Source of the DNA: Kondoa subrosea
Taxonomy: Eukaryota
NCBI GenBank assembly: GCA_039545335.1
Contig: BCIN01000001.1
Coordinates: 1,857,129-1,921,128 of the forward strand
Direction of reading: 5' to 3'
DNA: 64,000 nt
In this document: positions 14,053 through 25,274 of the stretch, in pieces
Layout: every line of letters starts with the position of its first letter
How positions within the stretch are numbered: position 1 is the stretch's first letter
Made by a program: the position numbers and the translations under genes
The notes under the pieces: model-generated
What the model saw: only the letters and a program-made list of their open reading frames with translations
Told to the model about the DNA's origin: nothing
Databases searched by the model: none

Positions 14053-15665
14053 ATGACTGATACACCAGCTCAGGATCCCTTGAGACTACTGATCAAGGCG
14101 CTTTCAGCTAACAAAGAAATTGTTCTATTGCAAGGAGATCAGCAAACACAGACTTATAAATTTCCAGAATGCGCTTACATTGCTCTACCTTCAGCTTCTG
14201 GTGTTCAGAGTGGTGGATCCAGTCGAGTAGTCTTACCCAAGAACACGCCAACTCGCTACAAGAACAGTGGTGTTTACTTGGATCTGCAATCACTCTTGTT
14301 CGCCTACTTGCGTCGGGAGACTGACTTCCCAGCCTATTTCAAAGAAGCTACTTCAAATGGTATCGCACCTGTATCCATCATGGACAGGAAGAGTATGGTT
14401 GAACTCTTGACTCAGAAACGAGAAGAAGGGGATGATGTTGAGCCATTGGTTACACCTCAAGTCGCTCGTACTACTACTCCAGATGGAGATCCTGATGCTC
14501 CTGCAACGGGTCAAACGAATGATGCACCTAGACCAGCGAAAAGAGCGAAATATGTAGTCAATACCGCAGATCAGAAAGCTGTACGAGAACTCATGTCTGC
14601 TCAAGAGGTGAAACAGATTAGTGATAGGGAGACTGTGCTGAGAGGAGCGAAACCTGCTGTGAATCTTATGTTGCTTTGGCTGAGGACTTTAGCTAACGTT
14701 GAAGCAGAACTTCGATAATGTCAAATCTATGTTTACTGATCGAATGAAGACCGCGAAGGAAGAGCTTAAAAGATTCGAGAAAGGAGGAGCTGCTGCAGCC
14801 GCTGCGCCTGTAGCGAGCAAACCTTCTTCTGGTACGTGTCAATTCGTGGGCTCAGATTTAGGTCTGACTTGTTGCATTTGAACAGGCAAAAAGCGTGAGG
14901 GGTGTGCGAATGAAATCAGAGTATCACTGATTCATTTGGTACCACCGGTTCACAGGTACTCCCAATCCAATCATTATCGTATCTCCCTCTACTTCCGCTC
15001 TGATATCCATGTTCAACGTCAAACGTTTCCTCGAAGAAGGGATTTATCAAAGTACTGCAGAAGCACGAGCAGCCTCAGGAGCAACTAAACCAGAAGATGT
15101 AGTTTCCATTAACCACAAACGTCAAATCGGTTTAGCAACTAATTCCAGCCAACAACCATCAGGAGGAGGGAGTGGTTTAGGCTCGTCTGCTTATGGAGAT
15201 GGATCAGCTTCAGGAGAAAAGAATGCAAGGTATTTCGTAGTGGATTCAGTAGAAGCTTTGGGCAAATTCGGGGACGACGCTTGGGATAGAGTGGTTTGCG
15301 TTATGACTACTGGTCAGGAATGGCAGTTTAGGCAATATCGCTGGCCAGAACCGAAAGAATTGTTTCATCATGGTGCGTTGCACTGGATCTCCCTCAGCCT
15401 ATGCAGCTGATCGAGAGCTTGTGTGGGTACGCACAGTCAAGGGCATCAGTTTCAGTTGGACGAAAGATGCTTCGAATGAGAAGGTCAAAGGCTGGAATGT
15501 GACTGAATTGAAAGTGAGCTTTTGCTATATCGTAATCTGATTGGCTCTCATTCGGCGTTATAGCTGGATCCGGTCAAGCGACATATCGATAAGTCGGTAG
15601 CAGCAGATTTCTGGGCACGTCTGGAGACGTGGATCACTGTCAACAAGCCATACGTTGCGTATTGA
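14053..15665 (+). CDS. CDC73: Paf1 complex subunit Cdc73 (parafibromin)
   Basis: DPLRLL N-terminus; PIIIVSPSTSALISMFNVKRFLEEG; WDRVVCVMTTGQEWQFRQYRWPEPKELF; KRHIDKSVAADFW. Confidence 0.95.
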
Positions 15666-16038
15666 TTCTTCGTTCTTATATGTTGGTTGGTGAGCGTGCA
15701 ATTCGCTTGGTCATGCATGTACTAACTTGATCTTCTTGCCCAGCATACTCCTCAAACGATTTGATATCGTCCATGATTATCAAAAAGCCCTTTGTCGGGC
15801 GGTGCTTGATTTCTTCTGCTGCTGTCTTTGCTTTTATGCTCTTTCGCCCTCAATTCCCTCCTTTATGTTCGGCGCTCTGTGCATGCGATGATATCCATAT
15901 AGTCAGTGCCGTCAAATGGAGTTGATGAGCTGTGCGACAAGTCCAGGCTGTGCTTCTCTGTCGAAGGCTTCCAATCGTCCATACTATCTTCTCTCTCTTC
16001 CATCCTCTATATCTTGCGCACCCATTACGCCATGATAA

Positions 16039-17460
16039 GTGCCTACCATTATTTCCATTGAAGTTCTGTTCAATGGAACAGGCCCAAGCTCAACTTTGCC
16101 GAAAATGAGCTGTACTATGAATCCCGAGCAAAGTGTCTTTGCTGCGCTCAAGCTTTACAAGCTGGTGGCGAACGCAACATTCGCGGCACGACTTCTGTAG
16201 CTATCAAGGTCACCTTCTCGGATAGTTCGACAAAGGGAATCCTCATCGATATTGGCGCTTCGCTAGTTTCGACTGCTGCTAAGATCTTCGCAATAAATAA
16301 TGTCAAGGTGGATGCTGTTCTCGTTACGCACGATCATGTATGTCTGTCGGTAGGAGAAAAACGATTGCTATTTACGCTAAACATCATTTATAGGCGGACG
16401 CCATAGATGGATTGGGAGTAGTAGGAGCGCTTTCGGAGGCTGCAGGATCGAGCATTCCAGTCTATTCGTCGGCAAGAACTCTTGAAGGCATCCGGAGGCG
16501 ATTTCCCTACATGCTGGGCCGCAAGACAACAGCCAGCAAGTCGCAGAAGTTGTATCATGCTGTTGAAGCTAATACGTCGATATCTGCTACAGCGGGCTAT
16601 TTGGACTTGCACGAGATTGAAGCTGGAGTCACTAAAAACATATGTGGTATTCCTGTCACCCCAATACCAGGTGAGCCATAAGGCAATGCCGCAAGGACTA
16701 AGCTGACAAACATGACAGTACACCACGGCAATCTCTCACCGACCGAGCCCTACGTCTCTTTCGGATACGCTATCGGCTCTGAATTGCTTTGCATTTTCGA
16801 TTGCAGCTTGAAACCTGGCAGAAACCTGGCAGCTGATCAATCGGCTCTTTCCCAATTCGCCCACTATGCTCATTATGGAATGTGTTCGGCTAGCAAGTGG
16901 TCCAGCTCATTACGACTTCGCTCAAGCTGTTGCTGCTGCTCAACGCATCGGCGCGCAAAAGACATATTTCGTTCAAATTTGCCATGGATCATCTGCAAGA
17001 CAATTCGAGTTGTGTTGCGAAGCTGTCGAGAAAGGGCAGCTGCCAATGCATTCGGCAATGAAAAGCGGACAACGACCGGCTAGCGAGATTTTCAAGAACG
17101 ATAAGTGGAAGCATACCCAAACCAAAGCTTATTGGAAGCCTTGCACTACTTGGTCATTGTTGCCTCGATTGCTGGAACTGGATGAAAAAGATGATTCGGT
17201 AATGATTGAACTGGCTCTTCAACAAGTTCAAGAAGTGAGTCCTTAAGTAGTATACCAATTAGTGTGCAGCTCATATCAAAATCTAGTGGCTCGGCCTGGT
17301 CCCACCAGTATGGTGTCGACCAGCTTTCGACGGGTTGAAATGCTATATCGATTGCGAAAAGAAATCGGTCAAAGATGATGGGTGTTGCACGGAATCCGCT
17401 AAAATAGTATCAGGCAAAGAAGGGCATTCGGAACAGATGGGCGGTACACGTGTAGCTTGA
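16039..17460 (+). pseudogene. PhnP-like metallo-beta-lactamase-fold hydrolase, frameshifted
   Basis: VLFNGTGPSS..P..SC, CLCC...RNIRGTTS, ILIDIG, VLVTHDH|ADA, PIPVHHG, RPAFDGL motifs, but with frame breaks at ~16131 and ~16817 and no in-frame ATG. Confidence 0.72.
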
Positions 17461-17911
17461 AGATGACAATTCAATACAAATTTACCCTGTTGTCTCGCTG
17501 GCTGTTCCAGAAAAGCTGGTTGTTCGAAACCGCCTAACTCGGGCAACTCGCTGTCTCAAAGTCTGCCTCCTGAGCGCTGTACACGGGGTACGACTACCTT
17601 GTCTGCAGACATTGAGAATGCTGTCCTGTCCAATCCACAGCTGTTTTATGCCTTTTTATTTATCCGCGGACTGGCTTATGGATCTGTGACGTCTCTTCGG
17701 CGGTATGCTCGATACTTGGGAGCCCAATGGCAAGAGAACCGTTGGCTCCGATTGATTTGGAGTGCTTCTTCCGTTTGCCCTTTTCATCTCGACCTTGGGA
17801 CTTGTACTCGCTTGACATCTTATGACCACTATTGGGATGAAAAGTTCTCCGTTAACGCCTTACTCGGGTCAGATCAGATTCAGAAAGCTCTTCAAGTTGC
17901 TCCTTTAGCCG

Positions 17912-18891
17912 ATGCTCGCTCGCCTGTTTCCGTTCTCGCTGCTTCCTTTGGCACGTTGCGCAAGTCTAACCTGGTACAGCTACATGTGAGCTCAGAAGCT
18001 TGCACAAAGAGGCTTCCGCTGAAGCCGGATGTAGAAAAGATCAAGCATGCACTCAAGTCGCCTATACTGTCGATAATGTGGAATTCTACACCTGCTACCA
18101 ACCACAAGAGCCGATTCAGTACGCAAGCATTTACTTGCACGAACCATCTCAACCAGACGTTGGGCAAGAGACCGTAGTGAGAGCAATTGGCCCAGCGTCT
18201 GTCCATTCAGCTGACATTAGATGTCAGATTCGCGCCATAGGTTTTCTAGATGGTGGCGAATGTCAAGATGGGACTTTGCCATCAACAGCAACAGGGGATT
18301 ACCTGCAGTATAATCGTATGCTTTCTTCTCCCTAACGGATGATGTTGACATTTAAATACTATAGGTTGCTCCTTTTACAATGGTGAACACGTAGTAACGG
18401 CGCATACATTTTCTGTCGAATGGCTAGCTGCATCCGGCCGACAAACTAATACCTCGACGGTATCTGTATCACCCCAGACAAGCCAGTTCCAACCCGATTC
18501 AGATTTTATTCAACCTGCTCCAAGTATCGATGCGTCAATGACTCCCGAACCTATCACCGCCGCTTCCCGTGCTTCTTCTATCACGACTGCTCCGTAATAT
18601 TCATCGCCTGCAACCCAATCAGAATCTTCAAGCTCGCTCAGTACATCAACTACTTCTGTCAAGCAATCTTCTGATGCCACTGAGGAGACCGAGTCATCAA
18701 ACACTGGCGTTCAGCCTTTATTCCAACCCGGAGAAAATGTTAGTAGCACGGCGGCTCATACTCTTCTTCCCGCTTTGTTGTCTACTGGTCTATGTCTCTT
18801 CGCAATCATTGTGGCTGTGACGATGTATCACAAGCGTAGTAGGGGAAGAAGGGATGACTCTGCGCGTGGTTTGATCTGGGAGAATAAGTAG
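17912..18891 (+). pseudogene. Type-I membrane/surface protein (Cys-containing ectodomain, Ser/Thr stalk, TM helix, basic tail), apparently disrupted
   Basis: Signal-like MLARLFPFSLLPLARCA is out of frame with the downstream Cys-containing exon (break ~17968); in-frame TAA at 18595-18597 inside the S/T stalk; TM LLSTGLCLFAIIVAVTMY then HKRSRGRR. Confidence 0.5.
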
Positions 18892-19007
18892 GCCAAGAGT
18901 GAATTCATTTGTACAGCAAGTGTATCCAGAAGTGTGACCTCGCGTTACTAAGCCTCCCACTTATAGACTGTGTTGCTATATACCTCATGCCTAATTCTCA
19001 TGCTGAA

Positions 19008-19022
19008 GGGGGGGGGGGGGGG
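19008..19022. repeat. G15 homopolymer, intergenic
   Basis: 15 consecutive G read directly from the sequence. Confidence 0.9.
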
Positions 19023-19922
19023 CCTAATTGTTTCTTTGCATGCGTGACTAAGATATACGTAATGTACTCGTCCTTTACTACCGTCCTACTTTCCTCCGTC
19101 CTGTAAACCCAAAAAAAACTATGCTGAAGGTTGGTCTGTCGACTTCGACCATCTCAATTCGATACTCCCTAAGTGACGCAGCACGTGACTAGCTTTGAGA
19201 TGCGATGCTGGTTAAGCATCTACAGCTTCACTCCCTCGTATCTCCTTCGACAAAAGTCGGAGCGAGAATTTCACTTACCAGCAAGTATGTCTATACGAAA
19301 GAATGCTCTGTACTCTGGCTTGGAGCCCAAATACGCCTATTTACCGGTCTCACAACGTGCAGGAGATGAGTAGTCTCGAACATTTCCGAGAGCAAGCCTC
19401 GGCGCCAATTGCTGCTTTGTCACTGCTATACTTTAGCCTCTCTCTTCCAATCAAATCTCGCCTGATTCTCCAGACCTGTCTTGCTGTGATTGCTGTTCAA
19501 AGACTCTGCAGTAGAAAATTGCGTAAGACGAATTCAATGTCCCTTGAAGCATAAAAGCCCAGACTATCTTGCGGTCGGCCGACTCAATTTTGCTATGCGT
19601 GTCTCTCTGCTTTCACTCGGACAAATTACTCGGTTCCGCTGCTTTCACAAACCTTCTTTGCCCTCCCTGGGAAAATTGTCTCTGACACATCCTTAATGTA
19701 CCTTGAAGCTTAGATATCGGTGTTTATACTGGCAGCAGCCGCCTTCCGCCCTAAGCGACTCTGCCTTAGTCCTCTGGGCGAGACAGTCATGCGTTGACCT
19801 CTCTTTGAGCATAACTTTATGCGCATGAAGTTTGCTTTCACATCCATTTTCTGCCTCTCTCTTTTCCTGATATCGATATTTCATCAATCTCTATACTCAC
19901 TCTCGTTCAATTCATCGTCAAG

Positions 19923-20799
19923 ATGTTCAGCCGAATTCTCTCAGCTTTATGCATTGCAACCTTTCTTTCACCTCTCATATCGGCATCTCCTGTGATGATT
20001 CCTTCAAAGACAACAGAGGGGAGTCACTTAGTTGCACGCCAGGAGTGAGTCAATGCTCATCTCGCCTGTTGGCATCGATCTGACACGAATTGATAGTGTG
20101 ACATCCGTCTATGTCTACGCCAGTGTTCCGGCTGCTGGTGTTCTTGGTGCTGCGGACACATGTCTGACTGTTGCTGTACTACCTGGACAAAGTCCAGATC
20201 TGAATCTCGTTCAGGCTGCTGCTACTTTGGCCGTGAGTAATATCCCTATCGCCAAATGCTGATGCTCATCAAAGCGTATAGCTCGGTCGAGTTGCGACTC
20301 TACAAGTATGCGCAGCTGTATTAGGCGGTATAGTTGGTTGTGATGCTGGTACCTCCACGTCAGTCCTTCCGGGTCAATTCCAACATAACGCAAGCTAATC
20401 CGAACGCCTTTAACAGCACTCTGGGTCAGGGTTGCACATTGACTTGCTCGGATGGCAGCGACCCCGTCAATGGCCAATGTCCTATAGCTACACCTTCGTC
20501 GCTCAAGAGAATGCGTGAACGTCGAAACTTCTTGCCCAAGAGAACTCTCTGTTCCTCAAATGTGGAAACAGCTTGCCCGTACAAAGGAAATGGTCTCTTA
20601 ACAAGAATGCAAATCTATCAACGTAGTTACCATTGCGTGGATCTCAAGACCTCTATTGATAGCTGCGGATCTTGCAACTCGCCTTGGTATGTCTTTTCTG
20701 CTTCAAACTACTTATCGTTTTCTAATCTACATCGGTCTACTCAGCTCTGGAGTCAATGAAGGCTGCTGGGAAGGGCAATGCATCCCTATGCTTGGCTGA
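19923..20799 (+). CDS. Small secreted Cys-rich protein with PriA/CPL1-like C-terminal domain
   Basis: Signal peptide MFSRILSALCIATFLSPLISA; LC....ETACP...YHCVDLKTSIDSCGSC..C...C..GQC. Confidence 0.75.
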
Positions 20800-21013
20800 A
20801 TCGCTCTGTCTCCATAAAGTCTTGTCTTCACTGTCGTTTCGTCTAAATTTGTGTCTTTGTACTATAGAATACTGAAAGCTTTCTATCGTTCATCTGGTCG
20901 TAAGGGATCTTGTAGTGAATAATAGTCGTACAATCGTTTCTTTATAGAGTTGCTCCTTCATTTCAAACTTGATTGTCTTAATCCGCGACTTCTACTTTTC
21001 TACACGCTTGATA

Positions 21014-21620
21014 ATGGCGGGAAAAGGAGGAATTCCCAATTACTTTTTCAGTACTCATTTCTGGGGTGAGTGTATGCATTATCTCAAGAAATGGAGACAA
21101 AGCTAATCCTATCATATCATATCTGCCTGTATCAGGTCCTGTACGCCGTGCATAACCTTGTCCATATATAAGTCTCACAGTCCATTCAGCTCGCCAACTG
21201 GGGCCTCCCTCTAGCTGCTATTGGTCAAATCCAAGCATCTGAAGAATTGATTTCGGAAACAATGACTCCTGCTCTCTTCTGTTACTCGTAAGCTTGGACG
21301 TCGCCCATTCTAGAATATCTGATCTGAATGTGCATGACAACAGTCTCGTATTCATGCGTTTTGCTTGGATGGTTCAACCGCGGAACTACTTACTTTTCGC
21401 TTGTCATGCTACAAATGCGACAGCTCAGGCTGTACAGGGTATGCGTTTGATACGCTACAAACAGTGCGGTCTTTCTCGTTATTCCGTTGTAACATCAGCC
21501 AAAGCGATAAGGAATAGGAATGGAGGAGCGGCAGCAAAGCAAGCGACAGATGGCATGAGCTCTATTGCAAATGAAGCGAAGGGTTTCAGAGATGCAGCGC
21601 GCGAGGGAAAGCAGGTGTAA
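21014..21620 (+). CDS. MPC1: Mitochondrial pyruvate carrier subunit 1
   Basis: [52 protein letters not shown]. Confidence 0.95.
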
Positions 21621-21799
21621 TACTCTCTTATATCCTATTGCATGAAGGGTTTTGTAAATTTACACTAGGGTTATTATCTCTCTCTCTTTCGCTTGATGAT
21701 GTCTCCTTGCCAGCAATGATTACTCTTTACAGCCACATACTAATCCCTGGGTACAGAACACAAAACGAGCACAGATGATTTGAGAAGGGTATACTTCAT

Positions 21800-24700
21800 T
21801 CAGCGCTTTAGTGGGGTAGTAGGACGAAGAGGTGGTTTGACTGGCTGGTTTGCACTTTGACTATACATGTTGACCAGGTGCGAGACTTTCAGGGAGCGTT
21901 CGCTGAAGTTGCTGATGCCTGAGACGAATTTTGGTTTGGCAGATAAGTCGGGTTCGCTGAGTTTAGGTTCGCGATTGACTTGCTGAAGTTTCGCTGAAGG
22001 TTTCGGTGGTGTAGGAGGAATGACATCCATTGTAGGTTGAGGTACTTCGACTGTTGGGGTAGCTATCGCTTCCTGCGTTTCTTGACTGGGTTTAGGTTCT
22101 TCTTCTTCTTCGATCGGGTTTGGTCGCTCATGCGTAGTCAGAGAAGGTGGAGGACCTGGAAAGTCTTCTTCACCGACAACTCTTGATCCTCTCCATACTT
22201 CACCGCCGCCTTCCGAACCATCCATTGATGGCCTTTGATCATAAGGCAGACTTGCTGTTTCCACAGAATGGACGTCATTGATAGTAGTAACGTCAGACGA
22301 TGACCCATTTTCTTCCTGATAGTAAGGTATAGCTGTGGGTAGAGAGTTTTCGGTAGCAGTTCTTAAGCGAATTGTAGGTCTTTGTGGACTATCTGGAGAT
22401 CTGGGAGGCGGTATTCGTGGACTGGCAGGTCGTATCGATCTTTGTGACTGAGCTCGAACCATTACGTCCAACCAAGAATCGTCTTTACTCATAACGCTCA
22501 TGCGAGTATCGGTAGGAGAAGGTTGAGGTGAATCGATGGTAGAGTTATTGACCGAAGCTGTATCGTACCGGAATGAAGAAGATTGCATGCCACTCTGATC
22601 TGACATGCGCCGAGCATTCCTAAAATTGAAACGTGATTTCAGCGGGCTTTTGGCTTGTGAACTAATGGTAGCTTCGCCAATACCAGGCGCTCGGACGAGA
22701 GGAGATGAAGAGGAAGGATGTTCTTGAATAGACGCATACGTGGGCTTGTAGTGAGAACCACTTTGATCAGTCAGGCGTTTACTATTGACAGAAGTTGCGC
22801 GACTGGGAGCAGCACTGCTAACTGGCGTAGCTCCAAGATTAAGCTCATTTGACGCCAGAGACATTATCTTCGTGTCGCCGTCGTAATTGGGTTCAAAAAC
22901 ATTGGTGTTGACGTGGGTAGGTGGAACAGGTGAACCCCGAGGTGAAGTTCGTTGGGAAACAACATTATAGGACCTCGGAGAGCTTTGAGAAACAAGAGGT
23001 GAGCTGATAGGTGAACCAACAGGTTTCATTGTCGGCTTGCGCTTGACATTCTTTGAGAACAGGGTGCGTTTCCGCTTCATCTGATAATTACCACGATCAG
23101 ATCTGCTCGAAAAAGTCTCAATAGCCGACTAACTTTGCCCTCAAGCAGTTCTAGCCTATACTCTTGCGGAACAGTCTCCTCAATCAGATACCATCGACTC
23201 TCTGATCTGCCATCTCCCTGCACAACATCGCCTTCGTTCATTTTGAGCGGTCTTGCTTTCCATTGAACTAGGACCCAGTTTGATTCCTGTCAGCAGCATG
23301 TCAATTGCCGACTCAGATTGCACTGACGAGCCAAAAACATACTTTGATTTCTTCTCGTGCCCAACCAGAAGAAACGAGCGTATCGCTCCAAGCTTGGAAG
23401 AAAAGCTCGTCCACAAGGCAAGATGGACTTTCATGCGGTGTGATGTCGAAAGGAAAATCAGGCAATTCCTTTTCCATCTTTTTCAGTTTGGCATGAACAA
23501 TCTTCTTTTCTTCTGGCAACTTGTTGACCGACTCAGCCAAAAGTGAATCAAACGATAAATCAGTGTCGACATAAGTTTCTCTTCCTCCGAATCCTACTTC
23601 ATTGAATTGAGTCCAGTCGAGCGTTTCGTGCTTCTGTCTTCTGTTTGTGCGTTCACTTTCTCGAAGATCGAATTTTAACTTCTCTGGTGCTGCTGGAGCG
23701 AAGCCCGATTGCATGAAAGCTGCCGGAGAAATTAGCCTGTCCAAGCACAAGCCGTGTCTATGACTTACAAGCCCAATCTTTATCAGAAGTACTTCTGAAT
23801 TTCCTCAAATCATCGTCTTCTTCCCCTTCATCTCGGATATTGAGTAGATGTCGGTAGAACGGAGTGAAAATGGGCTGCGAGTTATTGAGGGTTGATCCAG
23901 ACATTCTTGCATCCGAAGCTCGCATCAGGGGGAAAAGCGAAGACCAAACCTTTGATCTTGGTACTTCCCATGAACCTGCCGTCTTGATGAGATCAGGTGA
24001 ATAAAAGCGACAATTGCGAGATATTCGAGCAACTTGAGCCGTTTTGCAATGTGCGGAAGGTTTGCTGAGATTGGAAGGTAAATCTTTAGGATAGTTTTGA
24101 ATGAAGTATTCTAGTTTGGTAGGTAAATGCATCCCACTCGAAGCTTTTTGATTCCTGATGTAGGCTAGAATGAGATGCTCGGTAGCGTTTGTGATTTTGA
24201 CGAAAGCTGTATAAGTCGGCTCAAAAGGTTGATCATCTACTAGGCCAAAGATGAAGGAGCCGAAGATGGCTGCTAGTTTGTGGGGAGTGCAACCGTTCTT
24301 CGTTGTGTATGCAATGGCAGAGGTCAGAAGACTAAGGAGGGTTGTAAGCAGACTCGCGACTGAGGAAGGAAGTCTATGGATGAAATGTGTACTGATGAAG
24401 CGAAAGTTTGCGAGATCTGCTTGCTGCGTCTCGAAGTTCCGCCATTGCAGGTAGACATCGAATTGCAAGAATCCATGCGATCCATTTGGCAGACGCACTC
24501 GACCCAAAGCCCACTTCATGAAAGCGACCAGATCATGTGGTTGAGCGAATTGGATATCACGCTGCCATGCTGCTGGATTGTAAAGGTAATTGCGGATCAG
24601 CGAGGCCGTAGCGTCTGCGCTGATATCCAGTGCCGTCGTAGAGAAAAGCATTGGAGATTCGAGTCCTCTTTCTTTGATCTGCTGTCCAACTTGCTCTACG

Positions 24701-25110
24701 ATGCTTTGAACCTGCACCGTGCTCAATTCGCGCTGGAATTCGATGTTCCAGTATCCATATGCTAATTGTAGCCTTTGTCAAAGTGTGAGAGAAGGCATGG
24801 AACAGCATCTTTGTATGCTTACTCTTCAGCTGAGAGCACCGATGCTCTGCGTCAGCCTATCCTCTGTCTAGGACTTCTGAAGCTTCGACTAACCTTGAGT
24901 GTTTGCAGTATCAAGGGAGATTGTGCTGCTGTGCCCAGCATAAGCAGTAGGAGCTGGAGCACTCGTCACTCTCCGACCAAGCTCATCAGGCCTGCTAAGA
25001 GGTAAACTATTGCTTTTGGCTCGATTTCCATTGGCATTGGAAGTCGTGCTTGCTGGAGTCGAGGCAGTCAGAGGATTCTTGTCTTTCTTTCTCCCAAAGA
25101 GCGATTGCAT
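21800..25110 (-). CDS. Msb1/Mug8 (DUF1708) RhoGAP-like domain protein with long disordered C-terminus
   Basis: QIKERGLESPMLFS, PHDLVAFMKWALGR, NGCTPHKLAAIFGSFIFGL, ATEHLILAYIR; W..F...GF motifs; S/P-rich tail. Confidence 0.72.
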
Positions 25111-25274
25111 TCTTAATCAGCCCAGCTTGATATTGCGCATGACGGTGCGAATAAAAGGTCAAACAACACAAGAACCCGACGCGCTTGGATCGCGCGCGCA
25201 ATTTTTGTGATCGAATGCATCGATTACAGTACACGACATTTGTGTATCACTATGTTACATTCCTCAGACAGCCT

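Noticed and set aside
16754..16806. Possible intron bypassing the second MBL frameshift
   Set aside because: Weak donor, it would delete conserved strands, and it leads to a stop within 10 codons.
17960..17979. 20-nt GC-AG mini-intron (GCAAGT-CTAAC-CAG) that might repair the surface-protein gene
   Set aside because: Far below the local intron size and does not restore the correct frame.
17599..18177. 192-aa ORF in the track
   Set aside because: Non-ATG start, no motif, and it overlaps the more protein-like frame at 18000-18335.
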